IMG/VR virus record: IMGVR_UViG_3300017691_000003
Span: 1-41,262 of that record
Direction: 5' to 3' (one strand)
DNA: 41,262 nt
DNA from: a virus
Within the stretch, counting starts at the first letter, position 1; every line of letters starts with the position of its first letter. The translations under genes were made by a program, and so were the position numbers. The notes beneath the pieces were generated by a model, which saw only the letters and a program-made list of their open reading frames with translations, was not told the origin of the DNA and did not search any database. Positions 16,826 to 26,046 of the stretch are shown one piece after another.

Positions 16826-17377
16826 TTACTTGACCTGCTTGTTCTTGCGCAGGATGGCGGCCGTGTCCTTATCGACCTTCATGGTCTGGCCACGGCCAAT
16901 CGTACGTCCGTCACCGGTATGGACTTCGCTCGCCAGCGTATCAGCGCCGGTGACTTCCACCATATCCTTCTCGTCACGGACCGAACGGGTCTCACGGCCC
17001 TTCTCATCGGTGTCGGTGACGAGGTTCGCATCCGGGTTCGAACGCTGCCCGTGCGGATTGGGATTGGCGTCGGTGGGCGACAGCGGGTGCTCAACAACCG
17101 TCTCACCCGCGACGTAATCCGCCACATCCGCAGTCTCCTCCGTCTCCACGCCAAGCATCGCAGCACGCTTTCCAGCTTCCGAGATGTCCGCATACTCATG
17201 CGCGGGCTTCACCGGCTCACCGAGCGGGTTGGCGGGAGGAAGGTCGGCTACCGAAGGATCGGTGTCGCCGCTCTCGGTCGTGTCCGGCAGGTCCTTGCCC
17301 TGCGAACCGCCCATCGTCTTGTCGTACGGAACCCCCGTGTTGGGGTTGTCATCCGTGATCTTGCGGGGTCGTCCCAT
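16826..17377 (-). CDS. Acidic protein with AT-hook-like N-terminus (MGRPRK)
   Basis: 183 aa. Start set to ATG 17377 (AGGAGA 6 nt upstream). The track extension to 17407 would run through the terminator-like hairpin. Confidence 0.55.
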   Translation of the reverse strand: MGRPRKITDDNPNTGVPYDKTMGGSQGKDLPDTTESGDTDPSVADLPPANPLGEPVKPAHEYADISEAGKRAAMLGVETEETADVADYVAGETVVEHPLSPTDANPNPHGQRSNPDANLVTDTDEKGRETRSVRDEKDMVEVTGADTLASEVHTGDGRTIGRGQTMKVDKDTAAILRKNKQVK

Positions 17378-17391
17378 GTTCACTCTCCTAC

Positions 17392-17420
17392 GAAAAGACC
17401 CGGCCACTAAGGACCGGGCC
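17392..17420 (-). terminator. Hairpin plus U-tract just after the capsid gene (partial terminator candidate)
   Basis: Minus strand: GGCCCGGUC-cuuagu-GGCCGGGUC-UUUUC (9 bp including 2 G.U), 7 nt after the MCP stop. Confidence 0.45.
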
Positions 17421-17427
17421 AGGGGGT

Positions 17428-18390
17428 TCAGGTAAGGTCGCTGATGACTGCGTTGCCCGCATCGTTACGACAGACCAGAGTTTCCTCCGAATACATCGCA
17501 TCACGATCGGCAAGGCCCGTGGTGGCCAGCTTGCGCTTCTGGAGCGGGTCGAGCGTGCGGATCGCCCACATCTCCGGATCAACGATCAGCGCGTCACGAG
17601 CCGAACAGAAACGATCCGGCACGAACTGAAGCTCGCCAACGTCCGACACATACACGTCAGCACCGGCGATGATCGTCAGACGCTTGTTGCCCGACTCCCG
17701 ACGCTGCTGCGCCAGACCCGAGAACGACGCTGCCGTCTGCTTCTGTCCGAGCGACATGATGACCAGCGTAGGCTCGCCACCAGCGTTCCAAGCCGAGGCA
17801 ATCGCTGCCTTCAACAAGGACTCCGTGAAAGCACGCTGCGTGCCGTTGGTCGCCGGGGCGTTGGGGTAGCCCTGCGTCGTGCCCGAGAGCGTCGGATTGA
17901 CACCACCAGCGCCACGCGAGGCATTGGTGCGCATGAACGCCAGCGCACCGGCAGCCTCACCCGCAACCGTGGACGACGGCGGAACAGCGGCGAAGTTGCC
18001 GGTGTAACGCGCCTCACGGTCGCGCTTCCACTCCTTGCCGGCCTTGGCGATCTGGTAGGCATGCTCGTTAGCACGGCCCGCCGCCTTCACCGCCTGCTGC
18101 GTGGTCGACGTGCCGACAACCTTGGTGAAAATCTGGGTGTAGTTGCCCAGACGGGTCGTCGCCGGACGGTTCTCGTTCGACAGGTCGTCGCCCTGAACCG
18201 CCTTGTTCTGCGGATTGGCCGACACCAGCGCGTCGGTCTGCCACTCGGTATAGACCGCCTCAGCCTTCTCGCGGCCGATAGCGGTCACGAACGGCGTCTC
18301 GGTCGGACTGATGTTCGAGATGAGGTCCGAGAGGTCTTCCCGGTTGCCTACTCGCGTCATCGTCTGGATGGTATTCGAAGGTACTGCCAT
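17428..18390 (-). CDS. Major capsid protein (SU10/DUF5309-type, HK97 fold)
   Basis: 320 aa. The N-terminal TRVGNREDLSDLISNISPTETPFVTAIGREKAEAVYTEWQTDAL matches the pattern of this capsid family. It follows the scaffold gene. Confidence 0.8.
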   Translation of the reverse strand: MAVPSNTIQTMTRVGNREDLSDLISNISPTETPFVTAIGREKAEAVYTEWQTDALVSANPQNKAVQGDDLSNENRPATTRLGNYTQIFTKVVGTSTTQQAVKAAGRANEHAYQIAKAGKEWKRDREARYTGNFAAVPPSSTVAGEAAGALAFMRTNASRGAGGVNPTLSGTTQGYPNAPATNGTQRAFTESLLKAAIASAWNAGGEPTLVIMSLGQKQTAASFSGLAQQRRESGNKRLTIIAGADVYVSDVGELQFVPDRFCSARDALIVDPEMWAIRTLDPLQKRKLATTGLADRDAMYSEETLVCRNDAGNAVISDLT

Positions 18391-18406
18391 GGTCTCTATC
18401 CTAACG

Positions 18407-18445
18407 AGAGTGCCGACTGTCTCACGACGTTGGCGTCAGCACTCT
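18407..18445 (-). promoter_or_regulatory. RNA stem-loop between scaffold and capsid genes
   Basis: Minus strand: AGAGUGCUGAC-17 nt-GUCGGCACUCU (11 bp including one U.G). It starts at the scaffold stop codon and has no U-tract. Confidence 0.4.
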
Positions 18446-19416
18446 TACAATCCCATGCGGGCAATCGCAGCGGCGGCATCTTTGACATCGCCGGACTTCT
18501 GCAACCGCTCGCGCGATTCGCGGTATCCACGGGTAACGCCGCTGCTAGGCTGGGCCGCGTTAGGCTTCGTGGTTCGCGCCTTCTTGCCGTCACGCACACG
18601 CTGCATCTGACGGGCCGTAGCCGCGTCGTACTTCTCAGACTTCTCACGCCAGTCCGCTACCTGACGAAGCGCCTTCAGCTCGCTAGCTGTTGCATGTCCG
18701 ATCTGCTGCATATCCAGACCCAACACCTTTCCAGCTTCGATCGCCTTGCTGAAAAACTGCTCTCGGGTAGCTTCATTCGCCACTTCGGGAACGTTCATCA
18801 ACTCGCGATCACGTGCCGTCGTTTCGACTTCCGTCATCTGCTGACCGGCATCAGTTCCAAGCGATTCCGCCTGCTGCATGAGTTCAACATGCTGGGCCAT
18901 AGCGGCTTCGTACTGCGCCTGCTGAGCGATAAATGCGGCGGGGTTGCTGTTCGCTAGAGCGGGATCGGGCCGCTGGGGGGCATATGCCGCACCAATTACC
19001 TTCACCTGTTCGGCGAAACGTGCCTGCGCCATTGCGTCGGCTCGGGCTGCGATGACTTCCGCCTGTCGCTGGGCATCCGATGCCTTCGTAGTTGCCGTTT
19101 GGACCTGAACTGCCCGGCGGGCCTCCAAGTCGGCGACGTACTGCTGAGCGCCTTTGGGAAGCCCGGCAAACTTCGCCTTTTCCTCGGCGGTCAGGCTGAC
19201 GGGAGCATCGATGGCCGGTTCACCCGGTTCGTCCTCTTCGTCATCCTGCTGCTCGTCTTCAACTTCATCCCCCTCGTCGGGTTCCGAAGCATCATCCGCG
19301 CGCTGTCCCTCTTCTACTTCTTCATCGAAGTCGTCAAGGTTCAAATCACCAATCGCCAGCGCCGCGCTGTCGAGGTCGTCACCGGCTTCCTGAATATCAG
19401 AATGGGCCAATTTCAC
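18445..19416 (-). CDS. Scaffolding protein
   Basis: 323 aa. Extremely acidic N-terminus (DDFDEEVEEGQ..., DEQQDDEEDE) followed by Ala/Gln/Glu helical repeats. Sits directly upstream of the MCP. Confidence 0.7.
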   Translation of the reverse strand: MKLAHSDIQEAGDDLDSAALAIGDLNLDDFDEEVEEGQRADDASEPDEGDEVEDEQQDDEEDEPGEPAIDAPVSLTAEEKAKFAGLPKGAQQYVADLEARRAVQVQTATTKASDAQRQAEVIAARADAMAQARFAEQVKVIGAAYAPQRPDPALANSNPAAFIAQQAQYEAAMAQHVELMQQAESLGTDAGQQMTEVETTARDRELMNVPEVANEATREQFFSKAIEAGKVLGLDMQQIGHATASELKALRQVADWREKSEKYDAATARQMQRVRDGKKARTTKPNAAQPSSGVTRGYRESRERLQKSGDVKDAAAAIARMGL

Positions 19417-19425
19417 TCTCCATTA

Positions 19426-19776
19426 CTAGCGCCGGATTGACGCTATCTTGTCGGCATGATCCCGCTGGCTAGCGCGGATATGCCCTGTCTCGATTACCGT
19501 CTGAATCTTGCGCTCGATCTCACGGGCGATCCTGTCCGCCATGCCGAGAGCACGAAGCCCCTCAGTATCGCCAGGCGCAAGCTGTCCGACCTTCTCAAAG
19601 TAATCACGACGTAGCCCGCCGATCATATCACGAAGGCCGTCCTCTTCGTTGTAGAACGCCTCCCACCGCTGCCCGCGCGCAATGGCGTCGGTGCCGTTGT
19701 TGACGCGGGCATAAGGGCGGGGCGCATCGGCACGGATGTAGCCGAAATAAGCGAGGATGCGGTCAAGCCACGTCAC
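19426..19776 (-). CDS. Hypothetical head-module protein
   Basis: 116-aa ORF, ATGA-type overlap with the upstream gene. Confidence 0.55.
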   Translation of the reverse strand: MTWLDRILAYFGYIRADAPRPYARVNNGTDAIARGQRWEAFYNEEDGLRDMIGGLRRDYFEKVGQLAPGDTEGLRALGMADRIAREIERKIQTVIETGHIRASQRDHADKIASIRR

Positions 19777-20243
19777 CGACGATGCCTCCTGGCTTCTTCT
19801 CGTTCGTCAAAGATTACCACGCCATCACTACCCACCAACTGGTCTCTATCATTCCACATCGGTGGACGAGTTGCGGGGTCGGCGTACATGCTTTCTCCGC
19901 TGAAAGACTGATGCAACGGTGTTTTGAAACGGTCTGTAAAATGCGGCATCCCGTCGTTTGCGTTCACAACCGTGCCTTCGCCGCTTCGCCAAAACCCACG
20001 CATGTCATAATCATCTGTAATCGGCGCGCGAGTCTTTTGCGCCCAAGCTTGGAACTGAGCTTCTTGCCGAGGATCAAGCCGAGTAAGCGACTGCTGCCAG
20101 TTCTTTTTGGCATATCGCGTCTGCCACGGTTGCGGCGGGGTCGGTTTAGATACAGGAATTCCGCCCTGCGCAATCATGGGAAACAACGAGGGCATGGCCT
20201 GCATAGGCGCGCCAAATAATCCTTTGCGACGTGGATCAGGCAT
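19773..20243 (-). CDS. Hypothetical protein downstream of portal (N-terminal KGLFGAPM motif)
   Basis: 156 aa, overlaps the portal stop by 8 nt. Contains DYDMRGFW...HFTDRFKTPLHQSFSGESMY. Confidence 0.55.
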   Translation of the reverse strand: MPDPRRKGLFGAPMQAMPSLFPMIAQGGIPVSKPTPPQPWQTRYAKKNWQQSLTRLDPRQEAQFQAWAQKTRAPITDDYDMRGFWRSGEGTVVNANDGMPHFTDRFKTPLHQSFSGESMYADPATRPPMWNDRDQLVGSDGVVIFDEREEARRHRR

Positions 20244-22413
20244 CTAGCGATCCTCCCTCACGGTTCTGGCCGATGTCGCTATCATCAGTCTTCCCGGCGA
20301 CACGCGCGGCATAAGCCTTAACCTCCGCCTCCCGGTCAATCCGATATACAGCGATGTCAGCTTCGGCCTGTGCGCGCTGTTCGGCAAGCTGCATGTCGAG
20401 CATGGCCGCTTCACGCTTCTGCTCCATTTCCAGTGCGTGACGTTCCCGCTGGGCTTCGATCATCGCCGATGCCTTGTCGCGCTCTAGCTGGAGCTGCGCC
20501 GCTGCCTTCTCGCGGTCCATGTCCATCTGGGCCTGCGCGCGCTGCTGCTCCGCCTGGAACTTGGCGTCCTCCCGCTGCTGTTCGGCCTGCGCCGCCAGTG
20601 CCTCGGGGTCGGGCTTCTCTTCCTTCTGGACAGGCTGACCGGTCTGCGGATCAATCTCGGGCGGCGCGTCGGGATCAATCCAGAAGTCATCGCCCTGCCC
20701 AAGCCCGATGTCGCGCACCAGCCCGTCAACGGCGTGGAACAGGTGCTTGCCCTCGACCTGCCCGTTAGCGAAGCCCTCGGCGAGGATCGGGGCGAGCATC
20801 ATGCGCGCCTGAATACGCTTGTCCTTCGACCCCGTGCCCAGCCCGACACGAATGCCGATGTTCACGTCCTCGGGCCACAGCGACGGATCGACCTGCTTGT
20901 ATTGACCATCCACCTTAATCTTGAACGGCTCGCCCTCGCGGCGCATCAGCCGGTACTTCTTCGCCATCAGACGAGAGAACGCCTCGGCGAAGTTGCGAGC
21001 GACGAATTCCTCCTGCTGCTGGCCCTGCGCCTGCATCATGGCCGTGCCGGTGGCGGTCTTGTTCAGCGCGTCGGCGTCCAAGCCCTGATTGAGCCGCGTA
21101 ATACCCGTCCGCGATTCCCGCTCGCCAGTCATCCACTCCATGACGGTCAGCGACTTGCCTACGTCGAAGCTGTTCTGAAACGCCTCGACGCCACCAATCT
21201 CACTAACCCGAATAGGCGCACCGGCAATCGGAGACAGCAGGTCGTCAATCGTGTTCTCGTCCATGGCCCGCGTTGACACGATCGGGCGGGGAAGGTTCGC
21301 CTGGTACATCCCGTCGAGCAACTGGCGGGCAATCGTGGACCGACCCAGCTGAATGTCCATCACCTTATCGGCAAGCGAATACCCGACGAGGCGATGCGGC
21401 CGGGGGAAGGGGCAGAACACGGAGAACGGCTGCTCGTCTACCGTCTCGATCGCTAGCTGACCATCAGCCCAGCGTAGAATCTCGTCCTCTACCCGAAACA
21501 CCTGAACCCGTTCGGCAATCCCGTCACCGTCGATGTCGATGCGAGCGTATTCCTCACGCAGCTCGACCATCTGAAGCGCGGGCGTGCTTTCCGGGTCAGG
21601 CTCCCACGTTCCGTCCTGATCGCGCTCACGAGGCAATGCCGTATAGCTGGGCAGCCCGTACACCTGCTCCCGGTCGAAACCCATGTCCACCAGATCGGAG
21701 CGGGTCTTGATCGGAACATGCGCCAGATAGTCCGACTCGTCCTCATGACGGGCGCGCGCCGAATAGCGAAATTCCTCCGGAGGTATGGGCTGGTCAATGA
21801 ACAGCTTACGCTTAAGCGTGCGCTTTAGTTCTAGCGTGTAGCTGCCGTCCTCATTTTGCTCTGCGGTCTCTACTTCACCGTCAAACCCCTCAAGCTCGAC
21901 AGGGTCTGCAATCGTTACACGGTCACGCTGGATTTTCTCTTCAGTGACAACGCTAGTTTTTGTCACTCCATACTTCTGGAGCAACCCGTCGGAAAGCCAG
22001 TCATGCAGAACCCGGTAGCCGTCCTGATCCCGCATGAAGCTGTAGCCGATCGCCGATGTCGCCTCGTCAGTGCGCTCCTCGTCGGCCTCGTCAGTAGCCT
22101 CGAACTCGACAACCCGGTCCCCGCTGACAAACGTCCGCAGCACGGACGGCACCATGTAATCGATCGTCTCTTGCACGTCGGGCAGGATGATCTGCGACCG
22201 ACCGTCTACCTCGTTGCCGAACGGCTTGGCTTCGTAATAGTCTCGTGCGGCCTCGCGGTACTCGCGGACGCGATCGTATTCCGATTCCGCTGCCTCAGCC
22301 TCACGGCGAAGCGCATCGACAAGCTCGTCCTCATCAATGCCGGTGTCGTTGGCTGCTGCCTGAGGATCAAGCTCAGCCAGTTCCGGGTCAATGAACGCAG
22401 GTGCGGTTGCCAT
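20236..22413 (-). CDS. Portal protein
   Basis: 725 aa, positioned after the terminase. Its C-terminal region of about 110 aa is a Gln/Glu/Arg/Ala-rich coiled coil (barrel-like). Start set to ATG 22413 (MATAPAF) at a TGATG junction. Confidence 0.75.
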   Translation of the reverse strand: MATAPAFIDPELAELDPQAAANDTGIDEDELVDALRREAEAAESEYDRVREYREAARDYYEAKPFGNEVDGRSQIILPDVQETIDYMVPSVLRTFVSGDRVVEFEATDEADEERTDEATSAIGYSFMRDQDGYRVLHDWLSDGLLQKYGVTKTSVVTEEKIQRDRVTIADPVELEGFDGEVETAEQNEDGSYTLELKRTLKRKLFIDQPIPPEEFRYSARARHEDESDYLAHVPIKTRSDLVDMGFDREQVYGLPSYTALPRERDQDGTWEPDPESTPALQMVELREEYARIDIDGDGIAERVQVFRVEDEILRWADGQLAIETVDEQPFSVFCPFPRPHRLVGYSLADKVMDIQLGRSTIARQLLDGMYQANLPRPIVSTRAMDENTIDDLLSPIAGAPIRVSEIGGVEAFQNSFDVGKSLTVMEWMTGERESRTGITRLNQGLDADALNKTATGTAMMQAQGQQQEEFVARNFAEAFSRLMAKKYRLMRREGEPFKIKVDGQYKQVDPSLWPEDVNIGIRVGLGTGSKDKRIQARMMLAPILAEGFANGQVEGKHLFHAVDGLVRDIGLGQGDDFWIDPDAPPEIDPQTGQPVQKEEKPDPEALAAQAEQQREDAKFQAEQQRAQAQMDMDREKAAAQLQLERDKASAMIEAQRERHALEMEQKREAAMLDMQLAEQRAQAEADIAVYRIDREAEVKAYAARVAGKTDDSDIGQNREGGSLDA

Positions 22414-22577
22414 CACCAACGCCTTTTGCGGAGGAGAGCGCGGGTATCGACCTTGAGACCATCTTCCCAATCCTCACTCCTCTCCTCTATGATACCGAAG
22501 CGGGTTTCGCCGGCCTTCCCGCGACGCCAGAAATCAACGATTTTGCTTGTTAAAGTGGCAGGAGACTTGGCGTCCAT
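22413..22577 (-). CDS. 54-aa ORF between terminase and portal
   Basis: Hand translation: MDAKSPATLTSKIVDFWRRGKAGETRFGIIEERSEDWEDGLKVDTRALLRKRRW*. TGATG junctions at both ends. Confidence 0.45.
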   Translation of the reverse strand: MDAKSPATLTSKIVDFWRRGKAGETRFGIIEERSEDWEDGLKVDTRALLRKRRW

Positions 22578-24070
22578 CAAATCACTCCCCGCTTCAGGCG
22601 GCTTAGGTCCAACTTTCCGCCCGCCGATGTCTCAGGACGAATAGCGGCACTCTCGAAGCTCTTATAGCCGTGGGAGAACTCATCATGCAATGCGTATGAT
22701 TTGAACTGGCCCAGCTTGTCGTCCCATGCTTTCCGATAATTGTCGAGGCAAGCTATCAGCCGCGCGCATCGCTCCTCGTCAATCCACACCTTTGCCAAGA
22801 ACGACCGGGAGGCGTCGATGCCAGCCTGCTCCGTGTCGATACGCTTCAACACCTCGATCGGCTTAATACCAGCGCGCTCGGCGTGCATCCGCCTCGTGTC
22901 GGCGACCTCAGTAAGCGACCGCTGGTCCGCATCGTGCGGCATGTAGTGGCGGCTGTAGTTATACCCCTTGCGATTGAGCACGGCGGCGTAATGGCCAAAA
23001 CCCTCTCCGCTATTCTCGTAGTAATCGATCGCCCGGCGCTCAAATCCATGGTCCTGCCAGAACGTAATCGTCATGCTGTCGTTAAGGCCGAGGTCCCACG
23101 TCGTGTAAACCGGGGCTTCCATCACCGGAATACGACAGATGCGACGCTCCCTACGCAGCTTACGCATCTCCGTAGCGAAATACGCCCCCTCGATACTGGC
23201 CTCAAATGCCTCCTGCGCGGTCGAGGGGTACTCGCGCTTCATGTCCTCGCCCTGCTGCTCGGCCTTCTTCACGTACCAAGCCTGCTGTGGCAGCGTCAGG
23301 GATATACGGTGCTTTGCCTCCAACTCCTCGAAATACAGCGCCATCTCGGACGGTATGACCACATCCTCGTGGAGCACATACTCGGCCGAAGTCCACCAAG
23401 GGGCAAAATGGAATTTGAAGTCGAGCGCGGTCAGGTGTGTCCCAGCATCCGCCTTCTTCTGCGCCTGTTGAGTCAGCTCGAAGAAATGACCCGCTTGGCC
23501 CTCCGCCGTGCTTTCCACCACGATCCGCTGACCGGCATCGACCGTGTTGAACGCGCCGGACTTCACCTCTCGGGCTTTCTCAGGATACTTGGCGCACAGC
23601 TTTCCGTATTCCGACACATGCAGCCGCTGTAGGGTGCCCGATCGCAGCGACGTGCCGACACGGATGCTCGACCCATTGCTGAACTTCATGCTCTCGGCAG
23701 CATCCTGCGTCGCGCTTACGACAGCACGAAATTCGACAGGCAGATTGTCGTAAGCGAACTTGATCTTATCGGCGAAGAACGCCTTGGCATCCTGGAGATT
23801 GTGAGCGATGACGCCAGCGGCGGTATTCGGAATGAACAAGCAGTCGTCCAGCATGTCCAGCTGAATGACGGTGGTGAAGCCCTTCTGCCGAGCCTTCAAC
23901 ACCACGTCCATACCGTGGCGACTATCAAGAAACTCAGCCTGGTCACCGTTCATCACGAACGGCACCGTCAGACCGGCCTTGTTCTTGATCCGGTAAAATC
24001 CCTCAGACAGCCGTGCGCGCTTATCCGGCCAGCGTTGAGCGGCAAGGGTTAGGAAGTCTGGCCGAGCCAT
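22577..24070 (-). CDS. terL: Terminase large subunit
   Basis: 497 aa. Has a Walker-A-like VLKARQKGFTT, LHVSEYG, and nuclease-region DLGLNDSMTITFWQ. Overlaps the TerS 3' end. Confidence 0.85.
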   Translation of the reverse strand: MARPDFLTLAAQRWPDKRARLSEGFYRIKNKAGLTVPFVMNGDQAEFLDSRHGMDVVLKARQKGFTTVIQLDMLDDCLFIPNTAAGVIAHNLQDAKAFFADKIKFAYDNLPVEFRAVVSATQDAAESMKFSNGSSIRVGTSLRSGTLQRLHVSEYGKLCAKYPEKAREVKSGAFNTVDAGQRIVVESTAEGQAGHFFELTQQAQKKADAGTHLTALDFKFHFAPWWTSAEYVLHEDVVIPSEMALYFEELEAKHRISLTLPQQAWYVKKAEQQGEDMKREYPSTAQEAFEASIEGAYFATEMRKLRRERRICRIPVMEAPVYTTWDLGLNDSMTITFWQDHGFERRAIDYYENSGEGFGHYAAVLNRKGYNYSRHYMPHDADQRSLTEVADTRRMHAERAGIKPIEVLKRIDTEQAGIDASRSFLAKVWIDEERCARLIACLDNYRKAWDDKLGQFKSYALHDEFSHGYKSFESAAIRPETSAGGKLDLSRLKRGVI

Positions 24071-24423
24071 TCACGCGCTTCGTCAGACATCGCACGGACC
24101 TCGTGCTTCTGCACCTTGTTGTCGCTGAATGCATTGGACAGCTTGCCAACATACCAACGCTTGGCGTCGAAGGCGAGGCGACCCAACGATGCATCCTCAG
24201 CCGTCTCAGCTGCCTCTACGGCCTTCTCTGCCAAGACGTACATTCCGGCCTCCCTCGCGCGCGTAACTGCGGCATCGAAGTCAGCGTGATCATCCTGCCA
24301 TCGTTGAACGGTCTTACGGTTAGGCATGCGCTGGTCACGACAAATCGCCACTAGGCTCTCTCCGTCCGCCAACCGCTCTAGCAGCTCCTCAGTAACCGCC
24401 TCTCGAAGAGACCCGTCACTCAC
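24049..24423 (-). CDS. terS: Terminase small subunit (HTH type)
   Basis: 124 aa. ESLVAICRDQRMPNRKTVQRWQDDHADFDAAVTRARE is the typical N-terminal HTH of small terminases. GTG start. Confidence 0.7.
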   Translation of the reverse strand: MSDGSLREAVTEELLERLADGESLVAICRDQRMPNRKTVQRWQDDHADFDAAVTRAREAGMYVLAEKAVEAAETAEDASLGRLAFDAKRWYVGKLSNAFSDNKVQKHEVRAMSDEAREWLGQTS

Positions 24424-24565
24424 TGACGTAACCCCTGTGCAGATGCCGAATGTCTACCACGTTAGGGGACATTGCGATTGCCTCGTTACGCTCCTCTAAC
24501 GATAGGGTGCGCATGTGCTGTGCAGCCTTTAGGAGGTAGCCATCTTTGAATGCGTACTTCATCAT
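24416..24565 (-). CDS. 49-aa ORF (alternative: 92-aa TTG-start ORF 24416..24694)
   Basis: MMKYAFKDGYLLKAAQHMRTLSLEERNEAIAMSPNVVDIRHLHRGYVSE*. The ATG at 24565 forms an ATGA junction with the upstream 31-aa ORF. Confidence 0.4.
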   Translation of the reverse strand: MMKYAFKDGYLLKAAQHMRTLSLEERNEAIAMSPNVVDIRHLHRGYVSE

Positions 24566-24657
24566 CGGAATATAGCACGCATCAACGCGCGCCCCAAGTC
24601 CGACCCTATCCGCCAGCCGAAGCCGCGCTGCATGGATTGCCAGATGGTGTCGATCAT
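24562..24657 (-). CDS. 31-aa micro-ORF
   Basis: MIDTIWQSMQRGFGWRIGSDLGRALMRAIFR*. ATGA junctions at both ends. It competes with the track ORF 24416..24694. Confidence 0.3.
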   Translation of the reverse strand: MIDTIWQSMQRGFGWRIGSDLGRALMRAIFR

Positions 24658-24824
24658 CGGCGCTCTTCCCGAATGGCACTGATAATGACCACAAACCCCG
24701 CCATTATTTTGTTAGCATCGGGCGACATGTGCCAGCCCAAGGCGTAGAATGCCGCCACATCGAGCGCCGTGAAAAACAGCGAGGCGACTATGTAACGCCC
24801 CAAGTCGCGCCAGTAGAGGGTCAT
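24654..24824 (-). CDS. 56-aa small membrane protein
   Basis: MTLYWRDLGRYIVASLFFTALDVAAFYALGWHMSPDANKIMAGFVVIISAIREERR*. Two hydrophobic segments. TGATG junction with the upstream gene. Confidence 0.45.
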   Translation of the reverse strand: MTLYWRDLGRYIVASLFFTALDVAAFYALGWHMSPDANKIMAGFVVIISAIREERR

Positions 24825-25114
24825 CACTCCCCCGCCTGATGCTTACGGATGGTGGAGAGGGCGGCGTGCGCTTCCGGCAAAGCCCATTCCCAAGCTTTGC
24901 CGACGCGCGGCTCGACACCTGGATCACCGATCAGAACGAAGTCGTCCGGCCCCGAACCGCCCTGCGCCGCGTAGATCGCTCGGGCGACAGCCTCGATCAA
25001 CTCCGGAGAAAACTCCTCAGCCCCTTCTCCCTCTACGATGGTCCTTGCGTGGGTGCGGAGGGTTTTGGCCTCTGACTGCGATATTTGGGGGCGTGGCGTT
25101 GATGTGGGGGTCAT
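24824..25114 (-). CDS. Hypothetical protein
   Basis: 96-aa ORF, ATGA junction upstream. Confidence 0.55.
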   Translation of the reverse strand: MTPTSTPRPQISQSEAKTLRTHARTIVEGEGAEEFSPELIEAVARAIYAAQGGSGPDDFVLIGDPGVEPRVGKAWEWALPEAHAALSTIRKHQAGE

Positions 25115-25284
25115 GACGGCTTCCTCCCTTCCTCGTACTCCTCGCGTCGATCCATCGAATGATGGATGTAGACCTCCGCCTCATCGTGCAGGGTTGGGCT
25201 GCACCAGCAATCTTTGGTGCTCGTGTGCGGACGGAGATCGTTGATAGGTTCAACGTGCAGCACATCGGGGTCATATCGCGACAT
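25111..25284 (-). CDS. Small Cys/His protein (DCWCSP...IHHS motif)
   Basis: 57 aa. Start ATG 25284 has GGGGAGGG 5 nt upstream. Confidence 0.5.
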   Translation of the reverse strand: MSRYDPDVLHVEPINDLRPHTSTKDCWCSPTLHDEAEVYIHHSMDRREEYEEGRKPS

Positions 25285-25495
25285 AGCGACCCTCCCCACG
25301 AGCATTCATCTCGACGTGCACAGCCTCGCAAACGAAAGCGCCGGGATCATTGCCGCAGGTGTTAATCCCGCCCGCCTCGTCAGCCCACTCGTCCCAGGCC
25401 CGCTTCAGCTGCGCGGTCGTCAAGCCTTTCACAAACTCGAACGCTGTCGAGTCTTTCGGGATGACCGGCACTATTTGAACAACGTTATAGCTCAC
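25271..25495 (-). CDS. Hypothetical protein
   Basis: 74-aa ORF coupled to its neighbours. Confidence 0.5.
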   Translation of the reverse strand: MSYNVVQIVPVIPKDSTAFEFVKGLTTAQLKRAWDEWADEAGGINTCGNDPGAFVCEAVHVEMNARGEGRYVAI

Positions 25496-26046
25496 GCCGC
25501 CTCTCCCCGCTGAAGCTGTCGACCAAGCTTGATGCCCGCCATGGCGACGCTCTCTGCTTGGTCGGTGTTGCCGAAGATGAACCCATCGCGGCTGAGCTTG
25601 ATCACCAGATCACTTGCCGCTTGATCATCCGGGTCTTCCTCCTGCGGGAGATCGGAGATGATCAGGTCGGCCTCCCGGGCAACCCAACACCATGCCGAAC
25701 CGTGAAGATCCTCGGATGCGGAGGTGTCGGCAGCGCGTCGGCACAGCGCCACCATCCGCTCGACCAACTCAGGCGCGTACTGCGTAGGGGTGGGGTGTTC
25801 GGGGACGTTGCGGATGCGCCAGCCAATATTTGGCCGACCGCGCTTACCTTTCCAAGAGTGAGTGCCATCACGGTTGAAAATTGCCACCGCGCCTTGCTCG
25901 TCCTCAAGGATGGGGCGAATCTCATAGCCACGCCAAGTGCTGACGAGATTTACCGGCACGATGCGCCCGTCGCTATGTACGGCTTCGATCATCGCACTCC
26001 AGTCCACAGCGCCCTTGCCCTGCGTGGTGTTCGGTGTATCAGTCAT
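25492..26046 (-). CDS. Hypothetical protein
   Basis: 184 aa. Start ATG 26046 has GGAGA 6 nt upstream. The track extension to 26142 overlaps the upstream gene. Confidence 0.55.
   Translation of the reverse strand: MTDTPNTTQGKGAVDWSAMIEAVHSDGRIVPVNLVSTWRGYEIRPILEDEQGAVAIFNRDGTHSWKGKRGRPNIGWRIRNVPEHPTPTQYAPELVERMVALCRRAADTSASEDLHGSAWCWVAREADLIISDLPQEEDPDDQAASDLVIKLSRDGFIFGNTDQAESVAMAGIKLGRQLQRGEAA

Noticed and set aside
24712-24927. Track ORF 24712..24927(-), 71 aa.
   Set aside because: Its product is an Arg/Gly/Ser-rich out-of-frame string. It overlaps the better-supported 24824..25114 gene and the 56-aa membrane ORF.
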